From the NCBI GenBank assembly GCA_034422075.1, contig DAOUJX010000060.1, forward strand, positions 73,244 through 137,243: DNA of 64,000 nucleotides, given 5' to 3'. Of the stretch, positions 50,090-59,462 are shown one piece after another (the stretch's first letter is position 1; every line of letters starts with the position of its first letter). Below the pieces are notes generated by a model. That model was not told the DNA's origin, made no database searches, and was given only the letters and a program-made list of their open reading frames with translations. This DNA comes from Dehalococcoidia bacterium. GTDB lineage: Bacteria > Chloroflexota > Dehalococcoidia > Lucifugimonadales > Australimonadaceae. A program made the position numbers and the translations under genes.

Positions 50090-50722
50090 ATGCGCAGGGG
50101 GCTCTTGGGCGGCACGTTCGACCCCATCCATAACGGTCACCTCGCGCTGGCGAGCGCCGCGCTCGCCCAGTTGCGGTTGGACGGCGTGTGGCTGCTGCCG
50201 ACCGGCGTGCCGTGGATGAAGCGCGACGCCCCTCGCTCGCCGAATGCCGACCGCTTGCGCATGGTGGAGCTGGCCATCGACGGCATCGACCGGCTCCACG
50301 TCCTCACCGCAGAGCTGGAGCGCCCGGGCGACACCTACACCGTCGATACGCTTGAGGGACTGCGCGCAGGAAAGATGGCCGGTGACGACCTCTACTTCGT
50401 CGTTGGCGCAGATGCGCTGGCCTCGATGCACCGCTGGAAGGAGCCTTCGAGGCTCCTGGAGATGGCGCGGCTAGCCGTGGCTGCGCGGGGAAGTGGGGTG
50501 CCGCCGCTCGAGCAACTGGAGGCCGTCGCCCCCGGCGCCCGCGGGCGCGTCATCGAATTGCGAATGGAGCCTGTCGACGTGAGTGCGACCGACCTGCGCC
50601 GCCGGGTCCGCGCAGGCGAGCCTATCCGCGGGGACGTGCCTGACGCGGTGGCCGACTACATTGACGAACAGGGGCTGTACACTGCGCCCCAGTGGGCGAA
50701 CGAGAGCGGGGAGGCACAATGA
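50090..50722 (+). CDS. nadD: nicotinate-nucleotide adenylyltransferase
   Basis: GGTFDPIHNGH. Start at ATG 50090 (or 50063), preceded by GGAGGTGG. The tracked ORF starts inside obg. Confidence 0.9.
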   Translation: MRRGLLGGTFDPIHNGHLALASAALAQLRLDGVWLLPTGVPWMKRDAPRSPNADRLRMVELAIDGIDRLHVLTAELERPGDTYTVDTLEGLRAGKMAGDDLYFVVGADALASMHRWKEPSRLLEMARLAVAARGSGVPPLEQLEAVAPGARGRVIELRMEPVDVSATDLRRRVRAGEPIRGDVPDAVADYIDEQGLYTAPQWANESGEAQ

Positions 50723-51315
50723 CGCAATCGACGACACGGAGCGAGCTGGCAGGCCGGATCCTCGATGTTGCATTGGCGCAGGGGGCGCTGATGTTCGGCG
50801 ATTTCGCCCTCGCGTCCGGCGGGCGCTCTACCTACTACTTCGACGGGCGGTTGCTGACGCTCTCGGCTGAGGGTGCGGACCTGGTCGGGCGCGCACTGCT
50901 ACCGCTGGTGCGCGGATCTGGCGCGGTGGCTGTCGGCGGCCCGACGCTCGGCGCGGATCCCATGGCGACGGCGGTGTCCATGCTGAGCTTGCGCGATGGC
51001 GACCAGCCTTTGCCGGCCTTCATAGTCCGCAAGGGCGAGAAGGACCATGGCACGGCGAAGCTCATCGAGGGGCCGCTGCCAGAGGGCGCGGCCGTCGCCG
51101 TTCTCGACGATGCCTGCTCGACTGGCGGCAGCCTTATCCACGCGGTGAATGCGGTGGAGGCGGCGGGCTGCCGCGTGACGCTGGTTGCCTGCATCCTAGA
51201 CCGCCATCAGGGCGGCGGCGACTACTTCCTCGAACGTGGCTACCGCTTTGCGTCGCTGCTGGAGGCGGATACCCAGGGCCATATCCGCGTGAGCGAAGCA
51301 CCAGGCCCGCGATGA
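50719..51315 (+). CDS. pyrE: orotate phosphoribosyltransferase
   Basis: PRPP motif VAVLDDACSTGGS. ATG 50719 overlaps the nadD stop (ATGA). Confidence 0.9.
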   Translation: MTQSTTRSELAGRILDVALAQGALMFGDFALASGGRSTYYFDGRLLTLSAEGADLVGRALLPLVRGSGAVAVGGPTLGADPMATAVSMLSLRDGDQPLPAFIVRKGEKDHGTAKLIEGPLPEGAAVAVLDDACSTGGSLIHAVNAVEAAGCRVTLVACILDRHQGGGDYFLERGYRFASLLEADTQGHIRVSEAPGPR

Positions 51316-51848
51316 CGGGTGCGCGGCGGACGGAGGCATCGCCGGAGGCGGTGCGCCGCGCGACGGGGCGGACGCCCGACGAGTGGTTTGCACTGCTCGA
51401 TGCCGTCGGCGCCGAGCGGTTGGCGCACCGCGACATCGCGCGCTGGCTAGGGTCGGAGCACGACGTTTCGGCGTGGTGGTGCCAGCAGATCACGGTCGAG
51501 TACGAGCGAGCGCGCGGCTTCCAGGTTAGCGTGAGCAAGACGCTGAATGCTCCGCTGGCGTCGCTCTACGCCGCGGTCGCCGACGCCGGGCTGCGCGGTA
51601 GGTGGCTGCCCGGCGCCCCGCTTACGCTCCGCCGCGATACGCCGCAAAAGTCGACCCGGCTGGCGTGGGCAGAGGAGGGCGGCGCGTCCAACGTGGAATT
51701 TGGCTACTACGCAAGCGGGCCGGGACGCAGCCGCATCACCATCCAGCACTCGCGCCTAACGAGCGCAGACGAGGTGGAGAAGCACCGCGCGTACTGGAAG
51801 GCGGCGCTGGAACGGCTCGCAGAGGTCATTTCTTCGTACAACATCTAG
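51312..51848 (+). CDS. hypothetical protein (DUF4287-like N-terminus plus SRPBCC/AHSA1-like C-terminus)
   Basis: ATGA overlap with the pyrE stop. N-terminal TPDEWFALLD...WWCQQITVEYERARG pattern. Family assignment is tentative. Confidence 0.5.
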   Translation: MTGARRTEASPEAVRRATGRTPDEWFALLDAVGAERLAHRDIARWLGSEHDVSAWWCQQITVEYERARGFQVSVSKTLNAPLASLYAAVADAGLRGRWLPGAPLTLRRDTPQKSTRLAWAEEGGASNVEFGYYASGPGRSRITIQHSRLTSADEVEKHRAYWKAALERLAEVISSYNI

Positions 51849-51970
51849 CATTCGTACTAAAAGGCACCCAAAAATCAGGTGCATTTACGCCGGTAGGCGT
51901 GTATGGTACAGGCGTAGCGGCAGCGGGCGGCGCAACCCCGTAGGCAAACCCGCGCCCAGGAGCGAATAGC

Positions 51971-54385
51971 ATGGCGATGGCCACATCGCAGCAGACCGAG
52001 TACACCGCCTCCGACATCCAGGTCCTCGAGGGGCTAGAGGCCGTCCGCAAGCGGCCCGGCATGTACATCGGCTCAACCGACCACCGGGGCCTTCACCACC
52101 TGGTCTACGAGATCGTCGACAACGCCATCGACGAGGCAATGGCGGGGCACTGCGACGCCGTCGTCGTCGAGCTACTGAGCGGCGACCTGATTCGCATTAG
52201 CGACAACGGGCGCGGCATCCCGATCGACAAGCACGAGGGCACCGGCAAGTCGGGTCTTGAGACCATCATGACCACCCTGCATGCCGGCGGCAAGTTCGGC
52301 GGCGGAGCGTACAAGGTGTCCGGGGGGCTGCACGGCGTCGGCGCTTCCGTCGTCAACGCGCTCGCTGAGTGGATGCGGGTCGAGGTGCACCGCGATGGGC
52401 GCACCCACTCGCAGGAGTACCACCGTGGCGAGCCCGACGCCGATGTCGTTGACGAGGGGGCGCTGCCGGAGGGCGAGGAGGAGAGGACCGGCACCACGGT
52501 CACCTTCCTGCCCGATACCGAGATTTTCTCCGTCGTCGCGCCGGAGCGCGAGACGCTTCTCCAGCGCTTCCGCGAGATGGCCTTTTTGAACAAGGGAGTG
52601 TCCATATCGCTCCGGAGCGAGGAGCACCCGGAGGAGGACAAGACGTTCTACTTCGAAGGGGGCATCGCCTCCTTCGTACGCCACCTCAACCACAACCGCG
52701 AGGTGCTTCAGCCCGACCCGTTGTACGTGGAGAAGGACATCGAAGGCACCCGCGTCGAGGTTGCGCTCCAGTACAACGGCGGCTTCTACGAGTCCACCCT
52801 CGCCTTCGCCAACTGCATCAACACGGTTGACGGCGGGACGCACCTCGTGGGCTTCCGCGCAGCGCTCACGCGCGCCATCAACTCCTATGCGCGCAAGAGC
52901 AAGCTGGTCCGCGACGATGCACCCAACCTCTCCGGCGACGACGTGCGTGAGGGCCTGACGGCGATTGTGAGCGTACGGCTCGAAAACCCGCAATTCGAGG
53001 GTCAGACCAAGGGCAAGCTGGGCAACGCAGAGACCAAGGGCCACGTCGAGCAGGTCGTCGCGCAGGCCCTCGAGTTCTACCTGGAGGAGCACCCTCGCGA
53101 GGCGCAGCGTATCGTGGAGAAGTGCACAACGGCGCAGCGAGCGCGTGAGGCGGCGCGCAAGGCGCGCGACCTCGTCATCCGCAAGAACGCAATGGGCGGC
53201 GGCTCGCTCCCGGGCAAGCTCGCCGACTGCTCCGAACGCAACCCCGAGTTCTCTGAGCTGTTCGTCGTCGAGGGTGAGTCGGCCGGCGGTTCGGCCAAGA
53301 TGGGGCGCGATAGGCGGACGCAGGCGATTCTTCCGCTGCGGGGCAAGATCCTCAACGTGGAGAAGGCGCGCCCTGACCAGATGCTCGGCCACGACTCCAT
53401 CCGCACGCTCATCACGGCGATAGGCGCAGGGCTGGGCGAGGACTTCAACCTGGAAAAGCTGCGCTACCACAAGGTCATCATCATGACGGATGCGGATGTG
53501 GATGGTGCGCACATCATGACGCTGCTGCTCACCTTCTTCTTCCGCAACATGCGCCCGCTCATCGACCACGGCCACCTCTACATCGCCCAGCCGCCGCTCT
53601 ACCGCACGGCCAAGGGGCGCCGCGTGCGCTACCAGTTCGACGAGGCGGCCAAGGATGCGTGGCTTGCGAAGCAGCTCTACAGCAACATCGGCGTCGCCTC
53701 CACCGATGGCAAGGTCTCCGGGGGCGGAGCCGACCTGCAGGCGCTCATTCAGAACCTGCGCGGCTTCCAGTCGTTCGCCTCGCAATTGGAGATCCTCGGC
53801 GTGGGGCCCACACTTGTGGGCGACATCATGCGGGGCGCCGAGGGCCGCCGCTATCGGCTCCAATTCGAGGGGGTTGTCTCGTTGCAGAAACTCCAGGCGT
53901 GGCTGGAGTCGCGGGGCTACACCTGCGAGGCGCGCGTCAACGAAAAGAAGGGCATCTACGAGCTGACGATCGAGGGCCACGGCAAGATCGACGTGCGCCG
54001 CCTGTTCGAGGCTCCGGCGGCTGCGCGCGCCCGCAGCGCCTTCTCGCCCGTCGCGAGCTGGGTGAACGGCCACACCTTCGCCATCACGCGCCGCGACAAC
54101 CGCGTCGCTGAGGGGCTGGCGTGGAACGAACTGGCCGGGGCGTTGGAGCGCCAAGCCGAGCGTCAAGGCGTCTCCATCCAGCGCTACAAGGGACTCGGCG
54201 AGATGAACGCCGAGCAGCTGTGGGAGACGACGATGAACCCGGAGATGCGTACGCTTCTACAGGTCAGCGTCGACGACGCGGCGCTGGCGGACGAGACGTT
54301 CAACATGCTGATGGGCGACGTCGTCGCGCCCCGCCGCGACTTCATCACGTCCCACTCCCGCCAAGTCAAGAACCTCGACGTCTAG
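51971..54385 (+). CDS. gyrB: DNA gyrase subunit B (long form with ~170-aa insertion in the TOPRIM region)
   Basis: GLEAVRKRPGMYIGS, GGLHGVGASVVNALS-type motif, EGESAGGSAK, PLRGKILNVE, MTDADVDGAHI, QRYKGLGEMN. Confidence 0.95.
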   Translation: MAMATSQQTEYTASDIQVLEGLEAVRKRPGMYIGSTDHRGLHHLVYEIVDNAIDEAMAGHCDAVVVELLSGDLIRISDNGRGIPIDKHEGTGKSGLETIMTTLHAGGKFGGGAYKVSGGLHGVGASVVNALAEWMRVEVHRDGRTHSQEYHRGEPDADVVDEGALPEGEEERTGTTVTFLPDTEIFSVVAPERETLLQRFREMAFLNKGVSISLRSEEHPEEDKTFYFEGGIASFVRHLNHNREVLQPDPLYVEKDIEGTRVEVALQYNGGFYESTLAFANCINTVDGGTHLVGFRAALTRAINSYARKSKLVRDDAPNLSGDDVREGLTAIVSVRLENPQFEGQTKGKLGNAETKGHVEQVVAQALEFYLEEHPREAQRIVEKCTTAQRAREAARKARDLVIRKNAMGGGSLPGKLADCSERNPEFSELFVVEGESAGGSAKMGRDRRTQAILPLRGKILNVEKARPDQMLGHDSIRTLITAIGAGLGEDFNLEKLRYHKVIIMTDADVDGAHIMTLLLTFFFRNMRPLIDHGHLYIAQPPLYRTAKGRRVRYQFDEAAKDAWLAKQLYSNIGVASTDGKVSGGGADLQALIQNLRGFQSFASQLEILGVGPTLVGDIMRGAEGRRYRLQFEGVVSLQKLQAWLESRGYTCEARVNEKKGIYELTIEGHGKIDVRRLFEAPAAARARSAFSPVASWVNGHTFAITRRDNRVAEGLAWNELAGALERQAERQGVSIQRYKGLGEMNAEQLWETTMNPEMRTLLQVSVDDAALADETFNMLMGDVVAPRRDFITSHSRQVKNLDV

Positions 54386-54565
54386 CGGCCGCGCTCCTAC
54401 CGCTCCGTTTCTACCCACCACGGCGCGCCGTCTGTACGCAGGGTGACGTCGCCTGACTGGGCGGTGGTGACGAGGCTGATCCGGTAGAGGGCTCGCTGAA
54501 GGGGCGTCACGTCGCGCGAGCATATGGCGCGCGCGTAGGGCGACGCAAACGGCCGGTGCGTTCCG

Positions 54566-55486
54566 CTACACCAGCGGCGCTACCGCTTCCGCAAGGTACG
54601 TCAGCTTCGCGATGTCCGGTTCGGGCAGGCCGAGCATCGGAGTCTGACAGCCCGCCTCTCGAAACGCGCGTATCACTCCTGCAATTTCGTCCGCGGCGCC
54701 GGCTGCGAGCGTCTGGCGCATCCCCATCTCCTCACCGTAGTACGCGACGGTATGGCGGCGTACCTGTGCCTCCGCCTCTGCGCGGTCTCCGCCGGGGTTG
54801 ACGTAGAGCAACTTGCCGGAGGTCAGCACGCTCGGATCGCGCCCGGAGGCGGCGCACGATTCCTGCACGAGCGACCACGCGGCGCGGTACTCCGATACCG
54901 TACCCGCGCCGCCCTGAACCCAGCCGTCGCCGAGCATGCCTGCGCGACGCAGCGCAGCATCCGCCCGTGCGCCGAATGGGACGGCAATCGGGTGCGCCGG
55001 GCGGGGCCGCAAGCTGACGCCGCGCAGCGTGAAGTGCCGGCCCTCGAAGGTGACCTGCTCCTCGCTCCACAGGCGGCGCATGACCTCCAACCCCTCGACG
55101 AACCGGCTCACGCGGTGACGCGCGTCGACGCCAAGCGCCGCGTACTCGTAGTCGCGGCCGCCCAGCCCTACGCCGAGTGTCAGCCGCCCCTCCGAGAGCG
55201 TGTCGAGCGTTGCGGCCAACTGCGCTGTCTCGATGGGGTTGCGCACGCCGGTAATAGCCACTGCGGTGCCTAGCCCTACGCGCTTGGTGACGGACGCCGC
55301 CACCGCAAGCGTCACGAGCGGGTGCGGCATCGCGACCGACGGATGGAACACCCTGTCCGGCACCCATATCGAGCCGAAGCCCAGCTCTTCGGCCACGCGA
55401 AAGAACGCACCCAATTCCCCAGCAGAGTACGTCCGCCCGCTCCAGAGGACGGGGGCAAGGACGCCGAAGTCGGCGGGCGATGCCAT
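54566..55486 (-). CDS. LLM-class (luciferase-like) flavin/F420-dependent oxidoreductase
   Basis: The pattern of AEELGFGSIWVPDRVF, then LGVGLGG, fits LLM proteins. Start re-set to ATG 55486. Confidence 0.75.
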   Translation of the reverse strand: MASPADFGVLAPVLWSGRTYSAGELGAFFRVAEELGFGSIWVPDRVFHPSVAMPHPLVTLAVAASVTKRVGLGTAVAITGVRNPIETAQLAATLDTLSEGRLTLGVGLGGRDYEYAALGVDARHRVSRFVEGLEVMRRLWSEEQVTFEGRHFTLRGVSLRPRPAHPIAVPFGARADAALRRAGMLGDGWVQGGAGTVSEYRAAWSLVQESCAASGRDPSVLTSGKLLYVNPGGDRAEAEAQVRRHTVAYYGEEMGMRQTLAAGAADEIAGVIRAFREAGCQTPMLGLPEPDIAKLTYLAEAVAPLV

Positions 55487-55623
55487 GCGGGGATTGTAAC
55501 GGGGCGGGAGGGGCGACGGCGGGCGAGGCCTTCCGTCGCGCAGCGACACCTGGGGGTTTGTGGGGTGTAGGCGCCCTGATATACTGCGGTCGAGGCCGCC
55601 CTGGGGCGGCAGGGAGTGCAGAG

Positions 55624-56007
55624 TTGCGGCGATACGAGTTGATGCTGGTGCTCCACCCTGAGGTGGACGAAGAGCGGCGGCAAGCCGTCATGGAGCGCGT
55701 ACGGCGCGCCGTCTCCGAGGGCGGAGGCGAGATTACGGCCGAGGATGCTTGGGGGCGGCGCAGGCTGGCTTTCAAGATGGCCGGTCACGCGGAGGCGTAC
55801 TACCACATCGTTCACCTACGCACCGACGGACAGGCAACGTCGGCGCTGGAGAATGCGCTCAACCTGGCCGAGGACGTGCTGCGGCACCTGCTCGTGCGCC
55901 AGGAGGATGTGCCCCACGCAGAAGAGGCATCGTCCGACGATGAAGCCGCGCTGCCAGCCGAGGACGCCGCTGGGGATGCGCCTGAACCCGTCGAGGTGGT
56001 TCCGTAA
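55624..56007 (+). CDS. rpsF: 30S ribosomal protein S6
   Basis: (L/M)RRYELMLVLHPEVDEE...WGRRRLAFKM...YYHIV. TTG start at 55624. Acidic C-terminal tail. Confidence 0.85.
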   Translation: MRRYELMLVLHPEVDEERRQAVMERVRRAVSEGGGEITAEDAWGRRRLAFKMAGHAEAYYHIVHLRTDGQATSALENALNLAEDVLRHLLVRQEDVPHAEEASSDDEAALPAEDAAGDAPEPVEVVP

Positions 56008-56050
56008 GCAACACGCATGGATAGCCGAAACGGAAGAGAGGTACGCTGAT

Positions 56051-56476
56051 ATGAATGGACTGAACAAGATCATGGTAATCGGCAACGTAGGGACCGACCC
56101 GGAGATGCGCTACACGCCCAACGGACACCCGGTCACCTCGTTCAGAATTGCGACGAGCCGGACGTACAACACGCAAGACGGCGAGCGCAGGCAAGAGACG
56201 GAGTGGTTCACCGTCGTCACGTGGAATAATCTTGCCGAGCAGGTGAACCAGTACTTGAGCAAGGGACGTCGGGCCTATGCGGAAGGGCGATTGCACTCTC
56301 ATTCCTACCAGGGCTCCGACGGGCAGACGCGGTGGCGCAACGAGATTGTGGCCGACCGCGTCCTGTTCCTCGATCGACCCGGGGATGGCCAGTCCGACGG
56401 CGGGTACGGCAGCGCAGCCGACCTCGAGCCCGCCGGCGTTGGCACCGGCACGTCCCCAGACGACCTGCCCTTCTAG
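56051..56476 (+). CDS. ssb: single-stranded DNA-binding protein
   Basis: MNGLNKIMVIGNVGTDPEMRYTPNG OB-fold N-terminus, Gly-rich linker, and C-terminal acidic tip DDLPF. Confidence 0.9.
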   Translation: MNGLNKIMVIGNVGTDPEMRYTPNGHPVTSFRIATSRTYNTQDGERRQETEWFTVVTWNNLAEQVNQYLSKGRRAYAEGRLHSHSYQGSDGQTRWRNEIVADRVLFLDRPGDGQSDGGYGSAADLEPAGVGTGTSPDDLPF

Positions 56477-56555
56477 GGCGGCTTAGGGCCGCTCCCCTGC
56501 AGGCAAATCCCATAACCGCCTTGCAGGGCCCAGGGCTAAGGGAGAGAGAACGACT

Positions 56556-57089
56556 ATGACCACTCGCTCCGGCGGCGCGCGCCGCCGTGACGGACGCCGC
56601 TTTTTCCCGCGGCGCAAGGTCTGCTCCTTCTGCGTCGACAAGATAGAGGCCATCGACTACAAGGACGCGCAGCGCCTTCGCCGCTACATCTCCGACTGGG
56701 CCAAGATCGAATCGCGCCGCAAGACGGGCACGTGCGCTCCGCACCAGCGGATGCTCTCGACCGCCATCAAGCGTGCGCGCTACGTTGGACTCTTGCCGTA
56801 TACGGGCAGCCACAGCCATATGGACCTGACGCTGCGCGACGGCCCGCGGGCCGACCGCTTCCGCCGCGACCGCGAGCGCCGTGCTGAACGCGATGCCGAA
56901 CGCGAGCGTGACCGCTCGCCTGAACGGGCGGAGGCGGCCCAGACGGCAGGCGAGGTCGATGAGGCCGCTCCCGCCGATGAGGCCGTGGAGACAGCTGCGG
57001 AGCCGGTAGAGGCCGCCGACGCTGAAGAAGCCCCTGGCGACGAGGCCGCTGCTACAGAAGACGCGCCCAGCGACAAGGCGGCGACGTAA
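56556..57089 (+). CDS. rpsR: 30S ribosomal protein S18 with ~95-aa charged C-terminal extension
   Basis: [10 protein letters not shown]...IDYKD...LRRYIS...[16 protein letters not shown]...[13 protein letters not shown] is canonical S18. The ORF continues for ~95 aa of [16 protein letters not shown] and Ala/Glu/Asp-rich sequence. Confidence 0.85.
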   Translation: MTTRSGGARRRDGRRFFPRRKVCSFCVDKIEAIDYKDAQRLRRYISDWAKIESRRKTGTCAPHQRMLSTAIKRARYVGLLPYTGSHSHMDLTLRDGPRADRFRRDRERRAERDAERERDRSPERAEAAQTAGEVDEAAPADEAVETAAEPVEAADAEEAPGDEAAATEDAPSDKAAT

Positions 57090-57152
57090 GGGCGTTTACC
57101 CCTCGGCCCCTCTTTCTCTGAGAGCGGGGATTGAAGAGAAGAAGAGACAGGC

Positions 57153-58160
57153 ATGCGACAGCGCAGGCGAGCACAGCGCGGCCATTTCGACGCGCCGCGC
57201 TCCGTTGCTACCATCGACCGGCGCTCTACCGAGCGGCGAAACCAGCGCGTCGTCCTCGGTCTCGGCCTTGCCGCCGTTGCGATTGCGCTTATCGTTGTGG
57301 CCGCGGGCTTCTACATCTCGCGCGTCCGCACGCCGAGCCACGTCGTCGCGCAGGTCGGCCAGACGGAGATCGAGCTGCGCGAACTGATTCCCTTCGCGCG
57401 CATCGTGGTCGGCACGACCGCCGCCACGGGCAGTAGCGTCGCTATATCGCCCGACAACATATTCGACCTTGCCGTGGGCAACGAGGTGCTGCGCCAGATG
57501 GGGATGAGTGGCCTCAATGTGGAGGTGACGGAAGAGGAAGTCGACCTCGAATTGGCCGCGCAGTTCGACCCCGAGAGCACGGACGGGACGCTGTCGGAGG
57601 CGGCCCAGGAGGCGTACGACGGAGTGCTGGAGGCGTTCCGCGTGAGCGATGAGGAGTACCGGGCCTATGTCGCCGGTGAGATGCTGCGCCGAGAGGTATC
57701 GGAGTTCTTCCAGAGCATCACGCCGCGCGAGGCGGAGGCGATGCTGATCGACTGGATCGTGGCGCGTGACTCCGGCGCCGCGCAGGCGGCGTTCGAGCGC
57801 ATCCAAGCGGGCACGGCGTTTGCCGACGTAGCCGCCGAGGCGAACATCGAAAGGGTGCTGGCCGACGAGAGCGGGCGCGTGGGGTGGGTGCCGCGCGGCG
57901 CATTCCCCGAATTCGAGGAGACCGTGTTCGGCGCGATGCCCGGCGACCTGCTCGGCCCGATTGACGGCACCTCGTTTGGCAGCGTCATCATCCAGGTGGT
58001 CGACGGGCCGATGGAGGCGACGATAGACGAGGACGTTCACACGGTTGTGGCGGCCAACGACGCCGATTCGTGGTTCCGTGAGCAGTACCTGGCCATCGTC
58101 GAAGATGTGGACTTCGGGCAGGCGCAGCGTGAGTGGCTATTGGATAACATCGGTGGGTAA
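57153..58160 (+). CDS. membrane-anchored peptidyl-prolyl isomerase (parvulin/PpiC-type, SurA/PrsA-like)
   Basis: N-terminal TM helix (VVLGLGLAAVAIALIVVAAGFYI). C-terminal parvulin-like GWVPRGAFPEFEETVF...GPIDGTSFGSVIIQV. Confidence 0.7.
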   Translation: MRQRRRAQRGHFDAPRSVATIDRRSTERRNQRVVLGLGLAAVAIALIVVAAGFYISRVRTPSHVVAQVGQTEIELRELIPFARIVVGTTAATGSSVAISPDNIFDLAVGNEVLRQMGMSGLNVEVTEEEVDLELAAQFDPESTDGTLSEAAQEAYDGVLEAFRVSDEEYRAYVAGEMLRREVSEFFQSITPREAEAMLIDWIVARDSGAAQAAFERIQAGTAFADVAAEANIERVLADESGRVGWVPRGAFPEFEETVFGAMPGDLLGPIDGTSFGSVIIQVVDGPMEATIDEDVHTVVAANDADSWFREQYLAIVEDVDFGQAQREWLLDNIGG

Positions 58161-58162
58161 TC

Positions 58163-59458
58163 GTGGATGAGCCAATTCGCGTGGGTTTGATGGGGCTTGG
58201 CACCGTCGGGCTGGGTGTCGCGCAGGCGCTCGCCGAAAAGGGCGATGAGATCGCCTCGCGCGTCGGGCGTCCAGTCGTCCTTCAACGCGCCCTCGTGCGC
58301 GACCTCTCCAAGGCGCGCGACGGCGCGGAAGGCGTTTCGCTCACCGCCTCTCCCGACGATGTGACGGGCGAGGACATCGACGTAGTGGTGGAGGTGATCG
58401 GCGGCGAGACGCCCGCACTGGAGCTGGTCCAGCGCGCGCTTCATCGCGGCAAGCACGTCGTCACTGCCAACAAGGAGCTGATGGCCAAGCACGGGCCCGA
58501 TCTGCTCGCCCATGCGGCCGAGCACGGCGTTGGGCTGCGGTTTGAGGCCAGCGTCGGCGGGGGCATCCCCATCATCGCGCCTCTTCTGCGCGACCTTTTG
58601 GCCAACCGCCTGACGACCGTTCACGCCATCATCAACGGGACGACCAACTTCATGCTCACGCGCATGGCGCGCGAGGGTCAAGACTACGAGAGCGTGCTGG
58701 CGGAGGCGCAGCGCCTCGGCTACGCCGAGCCCGATCCTGCCGCCGACGTTGACGGCATCGACGCCGCCTACAAGCTGGCGGTGCTGGCGTCGTTGGCATT
58801 CCATACCGTCGTGCGCGCCGACCAGGTGTACCACGAGGGCATTCGGCGCTTGACGACGGCCGACTTCCGCTACGCTGCCGAGCTAGGCTACGAGATACGC
58901 CTGCTCGCCATTGGGCGCCTGATCGACGGGGCGGTGCAGGCGCGCGTCCACCCCGCGTTCATTCCCGTCGATAGGCCGCTCGCCAAGGTCGAGGGCGTGC
59001 TGAACGCCGTCGAGCTGGAGGGCGATCTGGTGGGCTGGACGATGTTCGTTGGGCCGGGCGCCGGCCCGCGCCCTACCTCCAGCGCCGTCGTGGGCGACAT
59101 CGTGGAGATAGCGCGGGCGATGGCTTCGGGCTCACGCGCGTTTGATGCGCCGCCGCTCGACCGCGGGTTGCGCATCGCAACCATCGATGAGGTCGAGACG
59201 CAGTACTACATCCGGTTGCGGGCCATTGACCGTCCCGGCGTCATGGCGACGGTGGCCGGCGTGCTCGGCGAACTCGACGTGAGCTTGGCGTCCGTGATCC
59301 AAAAGGAGCCGGCGCAACACGACGGATCCGCCGAAATCGTCGCGACGACCCACATTGCCAAGGAGTCGGCGGTGCGCCAAGCCGTGGAGCGCATCGCGGA
59401 GCTGGAAGTGGTGAGCGAGGTGTCGAACGTGGTGCGGATAGAAGAGGGGAAGGGGTAG
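58163..59458 (+). CDS. hom: homoserine dehydrogenase
   Basis: GLMGLGTVG NAD site, ANKEL-type TANKEL, GIINGTTN-type AIINGTTNFML, and a C-terminal ACT domain. GTG start. Confidence 0.9.
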   Translation: MDEPIRVGLMGLGTVGLGVAQALAEKGDEIASRVGRPVVLQRALVRDLSKARDGAEGVSLTASPDDVTGEDIDVVVEVIGGETPALELVQRALHRGKHVVTANKELMAKHGPDLLAHAAEHGVGLRFEASVGGGIPIIAPLLRDLLANRLTTVHAIINGTTNFMLTRMAREGQDYESVLAEAQRLGYAEPDPAADVDGIDAAYKLAVLASLAFHTVVRADQVYHEGIRRLTTADFRYAAELGYEIRLLAIGRLIDGAVQARVHPAFIPVDRPLAKVEGVLNAVELEGDLVGWTMFVGPGAGPRPTSSAVVGDIVEIARAMASGSRAFDAPPLDRGLRIATIDEVETQYYIRLRAIDRPGVMATVAGVLGELDVSLASVIQKEPAQHDGSAEIVATTHIAKESAVRQAVERIAELEVVSEVSNVVRIEEGKG

Positions 59459-59462
59459 GCCG

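Noticed and set aside
52172-54166. 664-aa minus-strand ORF opposite gyrB
   Set aside because: Shadow ORF antisense to an unambiguous gyrB, with low-complexity R/A/L/G composition.
53605-54175. Possibility that the extra ~170 aa in GyrB is an intein
   Set aside because: There is no Cys/Ser at the insert's N-terminal junction, no terminal His-Asn plus Cys/Ser/Thr, and no homing-endonuclease motifs. The position and flanks match the known long-form GyrB insertion.
54386-54565. 180-bp gyrB/LLM convergent gap with nested complementarities (CGTCGCC/GGCGACG, GTGACG/CGTCAC) and a CGCGCG-9nt-CGCGCG hairpin (54513-54533), possibly an ncRNA
   Set aside because: Short GC-rich complementarities are expected by chance at this composition. 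GTGACGTCGC/GTCACGTCGC also reads as a direct repeat, so the fold is ambiguous. The hairpin is most simply a terminator between convergent genes. A covariance analysis would be needed to say more.
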